The notes under the pieces: generated by a model
What the model was told of the DNA's origin: nothing
The model's input: only the letters and a program-made list of their open reading frames with translations
Databases searched by the model: none
In this document: positions 24,370 to 37,504 of the stretch, one piece after another
How the letters are laid out: each line of letters starts with the position of its first letter
How positions within the stretch are numbered: position 1 is the stretch's first letter
Made by a program: the position numbers and the translations under genes
NCBI RefSeq assembly: GCF_036321535.1
Contig: NC_087436.1
Span: 103,108,001 to 103,172,000, forward strand
Reading direction: 5' to 3'
Length of the DNA stretch: 64,000 nucleotides
Source of the DNA: Camelus dromedarius
Taxonomy: Eukaryota

Positions 24370-26142
24370 TTTACTATTTTATTGTAGTAAGAACACTTAA
24401 CATGGTATCTACCATTTTAATACATTTTTAAGAATACATTATGGCTGACTGTAGGTACACTGTTGTATAGAACATCTCTGGAGTTCATTCATTTTGCTTA
24501 GTTGAAACTTTATACCTGTGAATCAGTAACTCCCCATTTCCTCACCTCCACAGCCTCTGGAAATCACTATTCCAGGATGGATCTCATGATTTTAGATACA
24601 TCCTATATGTGGAAATACACAGTACTTGTCTTTCTGTGACTTATTTCACTTAGCGCAATGTCCTCAAGGTTCACCTACATTGTTGTAAATTGCAGAATTT
24701 CCTTTATTTAGGGTTGAAACGCCGTCCATTTTTTGTGTGTGTGTATTTATTTATCAATATATGTAAATAGATAGCTAGATCATACTTTACTTACTCCTTA
24801 ATATGCAATGGACATTTACATGTTGTTTCTATATCTTGGCTATTGGGAATAGTGCTGCAATGATTATGGGAGGGCTAACATATCCTTGAGATCCTGAGGT
24901 TTATTCTTTTGGATAAAAACTCAGATGAAGGATTGATGGATCATATGGTTGTTCTATTTTTAATTTTTTGAAGAATCTCCATATTGTTTTGTATAGTGGC
25001 TGCATCATTTCACAATTTCATTAACAGCGTGCAAGGATTCCAATTTGAAGGAGACGGGATCTACAAATCTTGGCCGACACTTGGTGGCTTTTGTGTTGTG
25101 AAAAATAGCCACCCCAACAGGTATAATGTAAAATCTCATTGTGGTTTTTATTTGTGTTATTTCCCTGATTAGTGACTTGGAACATTTTTTTCATGTACTA
25201 GATAGCTATTTGTACATCTTATCTGGAGAAATGTCTATTTCAAGTCCTTATCCAGCTTTCAATTGGGCTGTTAAATTTTTACTGTTGAGTTGTAGGTGTT
25301 CTTAATATTTTGGAGATTAATCCCTTATCAGATGTGTGGTTCCTCAACACCTTCTCCTATTCTGTGGGATGTCTTTTCACTCTGTTGATCATTTCTTTTA
25401 CTGTGCAGAAGCTTTTAGTTTGATGTAGTCTCACTTGTTTATGTTTTGGTTTCTGTGCTTTGGTGTCACAGCCACAAAATCATTGCCAAGATCAGTTCAC
25501 CATGTATGTAGGGACTGATTTCTGGACTCTCTATTCAGTTCTATTGGTCTATAAGTTTGTCTTTATGCCATGACACACTGTTTTGATTACTGTAGTTTTA
25601 AAATATAGTTTGAAATCAGGAAGTGTAAGGCCTCCAGCTTTGTTCTCCTTACTCCACATTGCTTTGGCTATTCTCCTTACTCCACAAGCCCTTCGTGGCT
25701 TCATGTGAATTGTGAATTTTTTTCTATTTCTGGAAAAAAGATCACTGGGATTTTGATAAGAGATTGCACTGAATCTGTAGATTACTTTGGGAACTATGGA
25801 CATTTTAGCAATATTATGTCTCCCAATCCATGAATATGGCATGCCTTTCCGTTTGTTTAGGTCTTTAACTTTTTTTATCAATGTTTTGTAGTTTTCAAAA
25901 CACAGTTTGGTAGTTTACATCTTCATAGTGAAGTTTACTACTCTGTAGTTTATTCTTTTCGGTACTATTATAAATGGGATTGTTTTCCTAATTTTCTTTT
26001 CAAGTAGTTTGCTGTTAGCATATAGAAACACAATTGATTTTTGTAGGTTGATTTTGTATCCTGAACTATATTGTATTTACTGATTAGTTCTAACAGTTTT
26101 CTATGTCTTTAGGGTTATCTCTCTATAAGATTATGTCATCTG
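24370..26142 (-). mobile_element. 5'-truncated L1 (L1MA7/8-like)
   Basis: Antisense 3' end gtagtaagaacacttaacatggtatctacc...gaaactttatacc. ORF 25549-25881 gives L1 ORF2 motifs (PYSWIGRHNIAKMSIVPKVIYRFSAI; KENKAGGLTLPDFKLYFKTTVIKTV). Confidence 0.9.
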
Positions 26143-26479
26143 GAATGGTGCTAGGAGGTTATGATGAGCACATAAAATTGGCATCTTGGTTCTGAAAGAT
26201 CTGGCACTTGGTATCATTCTTATGATCATGAAGCCATTTTTTGGTGGAGTTGTGCTGATTAAAGCCTGACTGGGGAGGGCTCATGGTCAGATGAATACTG
26301 AAAGAAACAAAGCTGAAACCTTAAACTCTATCAAAAGAGAAATACGATACTGAGATTCTTTCTTATTTTAAGATGGTTGATGTTGTTAAGAAATACATTA
26401 TATATCATTTTTCAAAATATTACACTGTCTTATATATGTATATTATATATGTACAAAATGTATATTAGGCAATATTTAT

Positions 26480-27960
26480 ACTAATATGCATTATATCAAT
26501 AAGTCAAAAAGCAAAAAACAGATTATCTTTATATATGCCAAAGAGTCTTTGATGGTAATTAATACATATTTTGTGATTTGTAAATCAGTGAAATAAACTA
26601 TTCTAGGAAACCTCTATAAGATATGGGCTGTCTATGGGTTAACATCTAAATTCATTCTGTTTTAATTAAAAATCCCAATATCTTTCTGAAAGCAGACCAA
26701 ATGATACTTAAGTTCATGTATGAAAATTGTTCTATCAGAATTGACAAGAAAATTATAAATGTAATGAGAAGGGAGTTTTATAATCTGGATATAAAACCAT
26801 ATTACACTGCAAAAAATACATACTGATTTTTAAGTAGAATGAAAAGTGTCTTAAAAGACTGTGTGTGTGACAGTGTGTGTGTGTACCTAATCCTTTTCAT
26901 GTGTGTTTATTCATGTGTACACAAAATGATGGTGTTTCATGACTGTGTGAAAAGGTAGAACACTGATAAAATGAACACTTGGTTTACTGTTTTAAAGTAA
27001 AATAAAATAAAATTTTATCTTTCAGGAACAAATATTTTAAATGTAAAAGAACAATGGTATAATTAGAAAATGAGCCAAAAACACAGATATGCATTTATCT
27101 TATATGATCAGGGAGCTTTTTTTGCAGAATGCTTAAAAGAAAATTTTGCACTTGATCACATCAATATTTTAATGTGCACATTAAAATACAGTATATATAG
27201 AGATAGAATGTAAAGCAAGCATAAATTGAGCACGTATTTCATATACACATACCTTGCTTAATACACCTAATAGGAAAGAGAATTATGAATCAAAAAGAAA
27301 GAGACAAAGAGACCAATAAATTTGGGCAATTTTTAAAGTAGATGTATAGATGCCAAGGGATACTTTCCCAATCCAATTTGCAAAAATGAAAACAATCATA
27401 AGCTCCAGCAGTAACAGGTGCAAGACGAAAGCAACAATTCCCTACGCTACTGCTGCAAGTGTCGAATGTATAATATTTCTAGATGCCTTGAAATAAACTT
27501 GGCAGCTTACATCAAACACAATTAAAACTAAGATTCTTTGTCCCAGCTATACCACATTGAGGAATTTTCTCTTTCAGGGTAACCATCAATATACAAACAT
27601 AATTACTACAAAGTTATTTTAGATGGGACAAGTATTAGACATCATTTAAATCATGGTAATAGAAAATTGTTAAAATAACAGGTTCATTTACGAGGTAAAT
27701 TATTAAGCATAAATGTAAAATGCAGGGGGTATTTGATTGTGAATATGAAAAATTACCTACAATATGTTGGTTAATTTGGCAATTTCTAATTTACATTCAT
27801 ATTCATGTGCACATGCACATACCAGAGACAAACCTCATGTTTGAATTAAAGGCTGATTTTAATTTCATCTGTGAGGCTTTCGACATTATTTGAATTTCTG
27901 TAATGAAGATATACTGATTTTATGATCAAAAACATTAAAAGTCCATTTAAAATATTAAAA
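26480..27960 (+). mobile_element. Very old L1 (L1ME-type) fragments
   Basis: A-rich decayed ORF2 and 3' UTR-like sequence (attctttgtcccagctataccacattgaggaatttt; ctacgctactgctgcaagtgtcgaatgtataatatttctaga). Confidence 0.5.
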
Positions 27961-30900
27961 ATAATAATAATTTTAAGAGAAACCTGTTTTCTTCTCTCAG
28001 CATGCAAATCTGTCCTTTCATTACTTTTTTCTTTTCATTCCTTTATGTAAGATTTATTTCAGTATGCAGCCATGCCTCTGTGTGTTTGTGCATGTGTGTG
28101 CACGGACGTGTGTGTGTATATCTCAAGTGAACTGCTTTTGAAGGCAGGAACTGTCCTTCATAACAGATGACCAGTTTCCAGGTTTTTTGGGAACCACTGT
28201 AGTGTCTGCAAACCAGCAAAGAGGGCTTTATAATAGTCTCTGAGTTCTTTATAAATCTTTTTATAATTATTATATTGTTATATAATTTTAGATTTATATG
28301 GGCATATGCCTGGAATTTGAGAACACGTGAAACTGGGCCATCTCTGCTTCTAGGAGGCAAAAGCAACATGTAATCCATATTTCATGATTTACCTCTGATC
28401 GTCACATTCTCAACATAGAACAAATCATTATGAATCCCATGTCCATACTTGCATGTGATCAGTTTGAAAATGTTGTAAAAGTTGGTTGCATGCCAATGAA
28501 CAGTAAATATATATAAACAGTAAATATTTAAAAAAATGTGCAGGATATTGTATACACGTATTTACGTGCAATATATTGTATATGTGCAGTCAAATTGTAA
28601 CAATTCTACTCAAAAAGACTGAAAAATGAAAAAAAAAAAACCAGTTAGTTGCATGCAACTCTCTCTCACCCTATCTCCCTCCTTCTCTCTCAAGAAAGCT
28701 GGAATTTATAAAATTAATGGATTTTTCAAGGGTCAGTTCAGGGTTTTTCTAGGGAAAGCCTCTGGAAATTGGTTCTCTGCTTATCTTGAATTACCTATAT
28801 AAGAGATAACATTCTTGTACCTAGCAAATAGATCCAAAAAACAGCTAAAGCTAATTTAAAAAAAAATAGGTTGAACACCTAAAACTAATTTTAAAAAAAG
28901 AGAAAAGGAAAGAGAAGAATGGAAAGAAGACAAAAGATCTTACAGAACAAAAGAGAACTACTTTGGAAATGAGGTAGAAATGAAATCTCTCTCATTCCAA
29001 GTGTTGTCAGATTAACTCATTTAGTAATTCAAAATATAGTGCTAAAAAGACCAAAATTAAAAACAAAGAAGAAAAATAACTAATACAACTTTATTAATAC
29101 TGAAAACAGAAAATATTCTCAAATATCCTAAAACAATTTTTGAGAAATATTATGTGCAGAGTAATTATCATTACTTGATATTTTCTATTATCCCATTTAT
29201 TTGAACATGTTTCTATTCTCCCACATTAGCATGGAAATTCTATGACTCAGTGAACTTGCCAGACTTTTAGTGATTAGCAAAGTTATATTAAATGGCATCA
29301 TTTACATGTATCGTATAAGTAGCTTTATTCTCAGTGCAAATTATTTTCTTAGGTTTTATTCTTAGAGATATTTTTAATTGTTTCGTGAGACAGCCTCCCC
29401 ACCCTCCAAATTCTTACAAAAGACCTATTTTCTCCTTTATGAACTGTCTGTTCATAGAAGTGAAATCTGTTCATAGAAATGAAATGGTCAGGTCAAATTT
29501 AAAAGACTTAAAGCATGGTCTTCAGCCACTTATTCAAAACACTTTAATGTACTAATTAATTACAACAATCTGTTGTATAACTAATATGCAAACTCCTTGC
29601 TGGACTGCAGATTCTGTGACTTGGGTCCTCCCAGATTTTTCTGTGGACATGCAGTGCGCCTCGGAGGAACACGTGTGTGCTGGATGCTGTCACCCCAGCT
29701 CTAGGCGCATCCTGGCACAACTGTACAACTATCGTCACTTTTACCCAAATTGAAAAGGCTAGGAGGCTAGGGAGCACTGGTAAATGTCATTCTACTACCT
29801 TTTAATAAATGAAATGATGTACATCGGGCAAAGGTTGTGCTTATATATTCTAAGCAGTAACTTTCTGATCACTGTTTAAGGATTCAGTCCCCAAAATCTT
29901 TTCTTTGACAAGGGGGGCCCTGGGCTTCTGGTGTTGGTTGTGCCTTGAAAGCCAATCCAAGGCTCCAGATGTGAAGCCAAAAGACAACTCAAAATGTGTC
30001 TGGGGGGACAACAAGGCCAAGCAAAAACAAAATATGCAGACAGTCTGAAGAATCAGATGGTGTAAAAGGGCAGGAAGGAAAATTAAAATAAGATTAGAAA
30101 GAAACTTGATTTCTGGGTATACAATATGCTGGGCTAGTTTTCTCTGAAGATCCTGACTCGGGGTCTTCCTAGTGCGGTGGGTACAGGTCAGTAGCTTAGT
30201 TCTGAGTCTTCTCACCTTTCCTCCAGAAATGTACTCAGGAGGATAAGGAGAAGGCAATCTCTTGAGCTAGACCAGGAGACAATAAAAATATCAACTCTAA
30301 ATTGCATGTACATGTGACCAAAAGCAACTGAGGCAGAAATGAAGTAGGGACAGGTGACAATACAGCTATGACGAAGGGGTGACAGAGGTGCCCACTAGGG
30401 GCAGAGATCAGAAATGCTTGGACATGTTCACTCTCAGAAAGAGAGAGATCCATCCAGGGCCCAGGATGGGGCAGCCAAGATTCCTCACTGTCTCACTGTG
30501 TTAGTGGACAATTTCTATTACTATTATTTTCTGTTCATCCTTTTATTGAAAGGATAGATCCTTAGCCGTACTTAACAGGGTTTAATTCCAACCCTCTTGC
30601 TTGTAGGGCTAAACATTTTGTCTCCCCTCCTTTTATGCACAGTTTATCACCTTCATGTACAAACCGTGTTTTGGTTCAGATGGTGGAGGTTATCTTTCAC
30701 TTCCTTGCACGCTCAGGCTTTTATTTTAAAATATCATTTTTATATTTAGTTTTATATATCTGTCTTGCCTCAATATATTTGTTTAATTTAAGAATTAAAT
30801 GGGCTCACATGTTTAAAAAATCAGATTCCATATAACTCACTATGAGAGAATCATCTAGACAAAATCTACAGCAGAATGTTAGACAAATGGCTTAGTTAGA

Positions 30901-31449
30901 CAGAAAAATTCAAAGAAAGGCAAACAGTTTCAGCAAACGATGCTGGATCTATACATGGTAGAGGCGAGAACTCAACTTGAAACGAAGGGACAATTGTTTA
31001 AAAAAAATCAACTCAACCTTTCTGAAAATATAGGGGAACACCAGAGAGAAATTAAATACTAGAGATATGTTTTATTAGTATAAAACATACATACATTCAG
31101 CATAAACAAATGTTTCTCAAGATCTGTAACCTTTAATATCTGAGGGAAGGCAATTATGTTTGGGAGGAAAATGGCAGACATGTTGGTCCTCACCAGGCCA
31201 ACAGGGTCACAGGGTTCTGAACCACCAATAATAGGTTAAGTGTAGTGACCTGTCAAGGGCAATTCTCCACTTGGAAAAAAAAAGAGATGGTACAAAACCC
31301 AGGAGATGGGTTTCACAGCCTAAGCAATTCTATAGCAGGAGCTAGTGGAAGAAATACACATGCTCCAGGACTGAAAATTCATATTCATAAGGAATAGTGG
31401 TGGCTATGTCATTAAAATTGTTGGCTTAAGTCAAGAATTGTAGAAGAAA

Positions 31450-31483
31450 ACAACAACAGCAACTATCTGTTAGTGACTTTATA

Positions 31484-31520
<37 letters not shown>

Positions 31521-31715
31521 CTCATCCAACACATTTGATCCTTCCAAGCTGATAAGTACATGGTATTACTAATCCACTTAAAAAAAAAAAAAAAAAAAAA
31601 AACAGAGCCACACAGAGGTGAAATAGTATGCCCAGATCATAGCTAGTGAATTACTGAGCTGATATGTAACCCCATTCAGTCTGACTCCAGAATTAAGTCC
31701 TTAATGCAATGTATG
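31450..31715 (-). mobile_element. MIR SINE containing (CA)15 and a ~23-nt A run
   Basis: cacagaggtgaaatagtatgcccagatcatagctagtgaattactgagctgatatgtaaccccattcagtctgactccaga is antisense MIR. CA run 31486-31515; A run ~31580-31602. Confidence 0.75.
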
Positions 31716-32329
31716 GAGTGATATGCCATCACTGAGTCAACTATTAAGTGTGTGTTTATATAAATACACTTACGTCCTTAAGGTTCAATTTAGTTTAGTT
31801 ACTTTAGTTAATTTAGATCAATTTTCTACACTGATCTTGACCTTCTTGTCTGACTCCAGAGATGCATTTAAAATAAAAACATTCAGAAAGAACTATGCTT
31901 CCAATAAATGCAAAGGCACTTCACAGGTGACACGATTAGTGTCAACTGCTCCTAATGCTTTTGACAAATTGTAAATTACTTGCAGACAAGCAAGCAGATG
32001 CTTCAAAATGGACCTGTGACAAGTGATAAATGAAAAAAAAAAATCTAAGTTCAAATCATGCCCCATTTCCCACCTGCTGTTGAGTCAGCCGAGTAAATGA
32101 GTCAACGTTTTATAGGAAGCATACGGAAGGCCAGTTCTCTGTCACTGTGTCAGTCTATCAGTTTAACAATGGACACTAATTTATGAATTCTCTCTACTTT
32201 CACCTACTTTTTCTAGGTTCCCTGGAATAATATGCCTAAGAGAAAGCAAACAAACGAAAAGCAGAACTCAATTTGATTAGTGCACTAAATTTCCATTTGC
32301 TTCATTAAACTTCATCATTCTTGTTCTAT

Positions 32330-32530
32330 AACCAGATACTTCCTCAATGCCTCTCCTCCTCAATATGGTCTCAATTCCACAGCGCCAGATACTATGTCTG
32401 TATTTTACTGGTTTTTCTCTTTTTTGCCTTGCACAACACTTAGCACATAGTAAGGGATCAATAAATATTTGTTGAATGAAAGAATACATGACTCATAGGA
32501 GCACAATAAATAGTTGCTGAATGAATACAT
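32330..32530 (+). mobile_element. L2 3' end(s)
   Basis: cttagcacatagtaagggatcaataaatatttgttgaatgaa followed by a second tail, ataggagcacaataaatagttgctgaatgaat. Confidence 0.7.
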
Positions 32531-35029
32531 AAACATTTAAATAGAAAGGTGTTCAACAACAAATCAGAAAAGACTTCCAATATTTTATAAAAGTTTTCTA
32601 TTAATCATGAATTTACCTAAAATATGAGTAATCAAAATATGTGCTCATCATTCTCAGTGTCTCTGGCCAGTCTTTCAACCTACCAATTCCTTATTAGAGA
32701 CGGTCTTGTTTCCTTGTCCTCACGTCTTGCATAAACTATTTCCCACTTGCTCTGCAATTCAGAACTTGAAGAATTGTTTAGAATGCTTGTCCTCGTCTTT
32801 GAGGCTCACCATAATCTCATGTATGTGTTATGGTTCTTGCAATAATTATCAATTCAGTGCACAAACATATAATAAGTCTGAAGTAATCCTCTTGGTGTTT
32901 TACACAGCGAAGGAGCAACACAAAATTTCTGGTATATTGTATTTTACAGTGAAATAAGATAATGAATAGCAATTCTCTACCTCAACTGTCATATAAGTGA
33001 ATATGTGTAAGGATTAATGAATGATTAATTAATGACTGATTATCTACCTGTATAAGACAGTTGGTTGGTTGTAATTAAATACATTGCCCCACACTCGTCT
33101 GCAACTTTACTGATTCCAGTTTTTAGAATTTTCGTTAAAGGAATTCATAGAAAGAGGAAAAGAATGAGACAGAGAAGTATAGAAATGAAATAGCAGCAAT
33201 GAAACGGCAATCTTCAGAGATGTTTGTCTAGAAACACATAGCATTTAAAATCACATTAAATGAATAATAGAAGCTATGGATATTTTTTCTCAAAAAAATG
33301 AGTAAATTAATTTGTTTAAATCTCGGTCTTCTCAACTGTAAAATGAAAACTAGAATACATATTTTGCATGAAAGTAGAGGTTAAAAACATGTTACTTACG
33401 AAGAACTAACTCTTCTTAAAAGCAGATATGTTATAATTATTTTAAAGTGTTTGTTAAAGAACCAGAGTACACACTAAAAATGATAGTAACTTGAAAAATT
33501 TGAGTGCGGTAAGTCAATTATTCTTACAGAGTCATCACATATGTTTGCCTTTAGATGCCAGTATCTTTTAAAATACACTTTTCAATATTTTATTATTTCA
33601 GCTGATTTAGGACTAAGCAATATTTTACTGATGAATTATAATTAGATAAAAGAACAGAAATTATGGTTGATGAAATAATTGTTTCCCTGAAAGAAAAATA
33701 AAGTTTTTTACATTGCACACCAGTACAATCAAGTAGTACATAAATTAGGAGCACTTGTCATCCATTTTAAAATCTCACTATTTTACTTCCTAATGCTTTT
33801 CAGTAGTCATTTTTAGGAGAACTGTTTAAATAATTTTTAAATAGAATTAATTATGGCTTTTTTGAGAAATAAAAGCTAAAACTAATTATTTTGTTTGAAG
33901 TTCACTTTTAAATAAAAAAATCCCCAAAGTATCTTCAGGTTAAAATTTTAAAAATCAGCCAAGTATCATTTATAGTCTTGGTTGGATGAGGATTTCTAGA
34001 ATTGCCACTAATGAATGATGGACTTTCTAAGTCTCATAGTTAAACAAAATATTGATTATGGTTGTTGCTTTTAAAATAATTATGCCAAGAAGAAAATAAA
34101 GGTTTGTGACTGCAGGCTTTAGGCTAAGAGATTGCTTTAGCCATTTGTCCCATTTTCAATGCATCCTACAGTCAATTTGTGAGAGATTATCCACATCGGA
34201 AAACCTTTCATTGTCTTAAACATGGGACATTACCTTAGACGCTCTGGCCCAGACTGACATTCGACCCAGGTGACAGGAGAATGCAGCAGGCAGTGTAAGG
34301 AAAGAACTAGTACTCAAGAAAGCACAAAGTGGCAAGAGAGAGGAAGTGAGCCTTCTGGATAAACACACTAACTTTTCCTTTGGTCCCTGTCTTTGATGCT
34401 GCATTTCTCATAACTTTGATTATAAACCAACCCAAAAGTTCTTCCTTTAGTCCCCTTTCATTCAATGAAAAAAATTTAACATTCTTAGTCTTCTAACTAC
34501 TTTGGTGTGCCTCCATCAGTATTTCCTTAAAACCTCTCACCAGTGTTCCCTGGCGCATACCGATAGGTACTGAAATTGGTAGGAGAGTCTGGTGTTTTTG
34601 TGCACGTGTATGATTTTGTGTATGCGGAGCAGAGGGAGAGGTGAGTGCGAATGTACACTAACGTAAGTCAGTAATTTGAAACCTGGCAAACTTAAAAACA
34701 GTCACTTCTCACAACTGTATCAATCACAGACCCATAACCACTCCCTGCCACGATCTCATCTCCAAGATAAAATTACAGTATCAAAAAAGACTACCTTCAA
34801 ATAAAAACATATTAAACTGTATGGATTTTGGAATAGTAGGCTCTCAATCTTTTTAACATATATATTGTTTTTCTCTATAAAATAATCAAAATTTTACAAC
34901 CTTCTCTTTACAATGATTATGCTTTTACTTCCATTAATTTAGAAAATATCCACTGACCAAAAGCTCCATAAATAAATATGTTTTATTAAACACAATTTCA
35001 TCTACCAACATTGGAAAAATATATTCTCA

Positions 35030-35038
<9 letters not shown>

Positions 35039-35065
<27 letters not shown>
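35039..35065. repeat. (CA)n microsatellite
   Basis: Perfect AC run of about 13 units. Confidence 0.95.
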
Positions 35066-35067
<2 letters not shown>

Positions 35068-35070
<3 letters not shown>

Positions 35071-35216
35071 GGTGGTGATTGTGTTAATCTGATAGTAACT
35101 AGAGTAACTAGAGTGAAGGGAGGAATCCCTTCACCATGTATATGTATATCAAATCACCTTGATATATGCTTTAGATATAATTTTATTTGTCAGTCATACC
35201 TCAATAAAGATGAAAA
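35068..35216 (+). mobile_element. L1 extreme 3' end (L1MA/L1MB/L1MC-type)
   Basis: aatcccttcaccatgtatatgtatatcaaatcacc...tataattttatttgtcagtcatacctcaataaagatgaaaa. Confidence 0.7.
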
Positions 35217-35382
35217 GTACATTACACATATGTAGATCACATAACTTTTCTTTTTAGTCTTTAGGCAATCCTCAGTGTGCGTATGGATTTAAAACTCCTA
35301 GGAATGAATTTTTGTTCCCAGGTGCCCCAGTGTACAGGGTGAGGACCACTGGTTTAAAATAGTGGTTTTAAAGCAAGTTTGA

Positions 35383-35507
35383 GGGGGGAGGGTATGGCTC
35401 AAGTGGTAGAGTGCAGGTCTAGCATGCATAATGTCCTGGGTTCAACTCCCAGTACCTCCACTGAAAAATCAAATAAATAAATAAATAAACCTAATTAAAA
35501 AAAAAAA
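35383..35507 (+). mobile_element. tRNA-derived SINE (camelid Vic-1-like)
   Basis: ggggagggtatggctcaagtggtagagtgc...agcatgcataatgtcctgggttcaactcccagtacctcca, then (aaat)n, cctaatt and poly(A). A box and B box present. Confidence 0.88.
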
Positions 35508-35929
35508 GAAAGAAATTGATTTCAGGTAAACTTCATAACAAACATTTAAAAAAAAAGCAATTATGGTACATAATTGTACATGGTACACACATAACATTTC
35601 TTCAAAGGAAATGCTCATTTGAGAGATCAACATACACAACAAGTGGAGCTAAGCTGCTCTGCCTGGATTTTTGGATTTCTGTCTAGTTCACCTGCCCCCC
35701 TCTTGCACACCACCCCTCCTGTCTCCTCCCCTGAGTTCCTCTTTGCACACTAAGGAAAGAGCATTGAATCAGCTTCAGTTATTTATAAGAGAATTTGTCC
35801 ACGTAAGCATAGTCAGATCAAAGGACTCTTTCTAAAGCATAAATGTTTAAAGGACTAGATATGGAGGTACAACTTTAAACATAAAAGTTCAAAGAACTTG
35901 AATTTCTCTATTAAATCCCACTTGAATTA

Positions 35930-36176
35930 TTTTTTTTCTTTTATTTAAGTATAAATGACCTATACTATGTGAGTTCCAGGTGCACAAACAGTGATTTGAT
36001 ATTTCTATATATCATTTCTATATATCATTCTATATATCATTACATGATCATCATGTAAGTCTAGTCACTATCTGTCACTATACAAAGTTATTACAATATT
36101 ATTACCCATATTCCCCATGCTGTACATTTCATCCCAGTCCCTTATTTATTTTGCAACTGGAACTCTGTATCTCTTA
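35930..36176 (-). mobile_element. 5'-truncated L1 3' end (Laurasiatherian L1MA9-like)
   Basis: T-tail then gagttccaggtgcacaaacagtgatttgatatttc...gtctagtcactatctgtcactatacaaagttattacaatattatt...ccccatgctgtacatttcatccc. Contains a short (ttctatatatcat)x3 tandem. Confidence 0.75.
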
Positions 36177-36529
36177 CTACTTAAAATTCTTAAACTAGAA
36201 TTTTTCTTGACGTTATCCACAAGATTAGGAATTTATGGAAAAGAACTCGTGTATGTTTTGTTGAGCTACATTTCATGGTAGAACACACTGCAGTTGGTTA
36301 TCTGACCTAGAATGGTGAAATCTGAGTTATTTTTAATTATTATTATTCCACTATTCATTTTTTTAACCAAGATGGATAATTAGATTTTCTAATAACACTG
36401 GCTCATTCACTTTTCTAAGTGTAAAATGTACGGAGTTACATGTTTGTTTTTCTTTAGGTTAAAAATTGGATTCAGGTAATTTATTTTTTTCATCCTGTTG
36501 AAGGCATAATTATGATTATTTATGAACAT

Positions 36530-36785
36530 CACTGATTTATTGACCACTTTACTGCCAAGTTTTTTTCTGTTGAAGCAACTTAAAACTCTGTTCTGTGCTT
36601 TACATACATTATCTCATTTAGAACTTTCAATAATCCTGTATGTTAGATATTATTATTATAATGGAAATTTTTAGACGAGGAAACTAACATTCAGCAGGTA
36701 AAATAATTTACCCAAAGTCTTAGAGTGTTTGAAGTGAGAAGCCAGGTTCAAACTCATACCTCACATCAGAGCCCTGATTCTTACT
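36530..36785 (-). mobile_element. MIR SINE
   Basis: gtgctttacatacattatctcatttag...ttttagacgaggaaactaacattcagcaggtaaaataatttacccaaagtc...gccaggttcaaactca. Confidence 0.8.
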
Positions 36786-36799
36786 CATTTATCAAAATG

Positions 36800-37435
36800 T
36801 CTAACAAAACATTTTTTAATCTGCATTTCTCCTAAGAGGGTAAAAGGTTGGATAACATTTAATGCACATTTTCCATAAAAGTATAATGAATACTTAGTGT
36901 AAAAATACAAAACAACAGAAAGAGAAATTACATCACCCACTTTAATAACGCCTACCTTAAACACTATTGCTTCTTCTTGGTTTCTTCCTAATCTCATACA
37001 GTATTTGTATAACTGTGAACATGGTATCTGCGAAATTTTATATGCTGCTTTCTTAATCTCACATATTGTAAGCATTTTTCATATTATTATACCATCTTTT
37101 AAAAATCATATTAAGACTTCATAATATTTTATTAAAACAGTAAGTATTCAAGGATAGCTAGGCCTTTAGGTTACTCTACATAGCCACCATTATAAATCTG
37201 TGTTGTTCATTTAGAACATGTTTTACTTTTCAAAATTGTAATTGTTTTCTTAAAAGACGTTTGTAACAGTGGACTTACCATTTCAAGTGGCTCTAAACAC
37301 AGTGAGCTAAGTTTCTTTTTACATAATGCTAACAGCTTTCCAAAGGCTTCTACAAGTTAACCATTTCAACAGAAATGCATAAATGTGCACACTTTACTGC
37401 ATGTCACAAGTCTGCATAACATTATACCAATTTGG
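36800..37435 (-). mobile_element. Old L1 (L1ME-type) 3' fragment
   Basis: Antisense L1 3' UTR/ORF2 end: ctttccaaaggcttctacaagttaaccatttcaacagaaatgcataaatgtgc. Confidence 0.5.
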
Positions 37436-37504
37436 AAGTGTCTACAGATGAAAGCTACATCTTATACCCACCCACCACTCCCCTTTTAAAGTATCAGTGA
37501 AATA

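Noticed and set aside
29850..30257. 135-aa minus-strand ORF with a hydrophobic stretch
   Set aside because: Non-ATG start, no recognisable domain and no convincing splice signals. The hydrophobic run reflects T-rich DNA.
30388..30406. CTCF site (cccactaggggcag), likewise ccactagatgcc at ~61511
   Set aside because: Each misses a key position of the core motif and cannot be supported without a PWM scan or ChIP data.
31580..31602. Long A-run as an independent retro-insertion
   Set aside because: No TSD or attached element body. More simply a homopolymer expansion inside a MIR.
35383..35460. tRNA gene
   Set aside because: It has A/B boxes but no proper acceptor stem or oligo-T terminator, carries an A-rich tail, and has a diverged second copy at 17575-17671. 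It is a SINE.
35508..35565. 3' extension or transduction by the SINE (second A-run at ~35548)
   Set aside because: The putative TSD is only aaagcaa and diverges immediately, and there is no poly(A) signal. Too weak.
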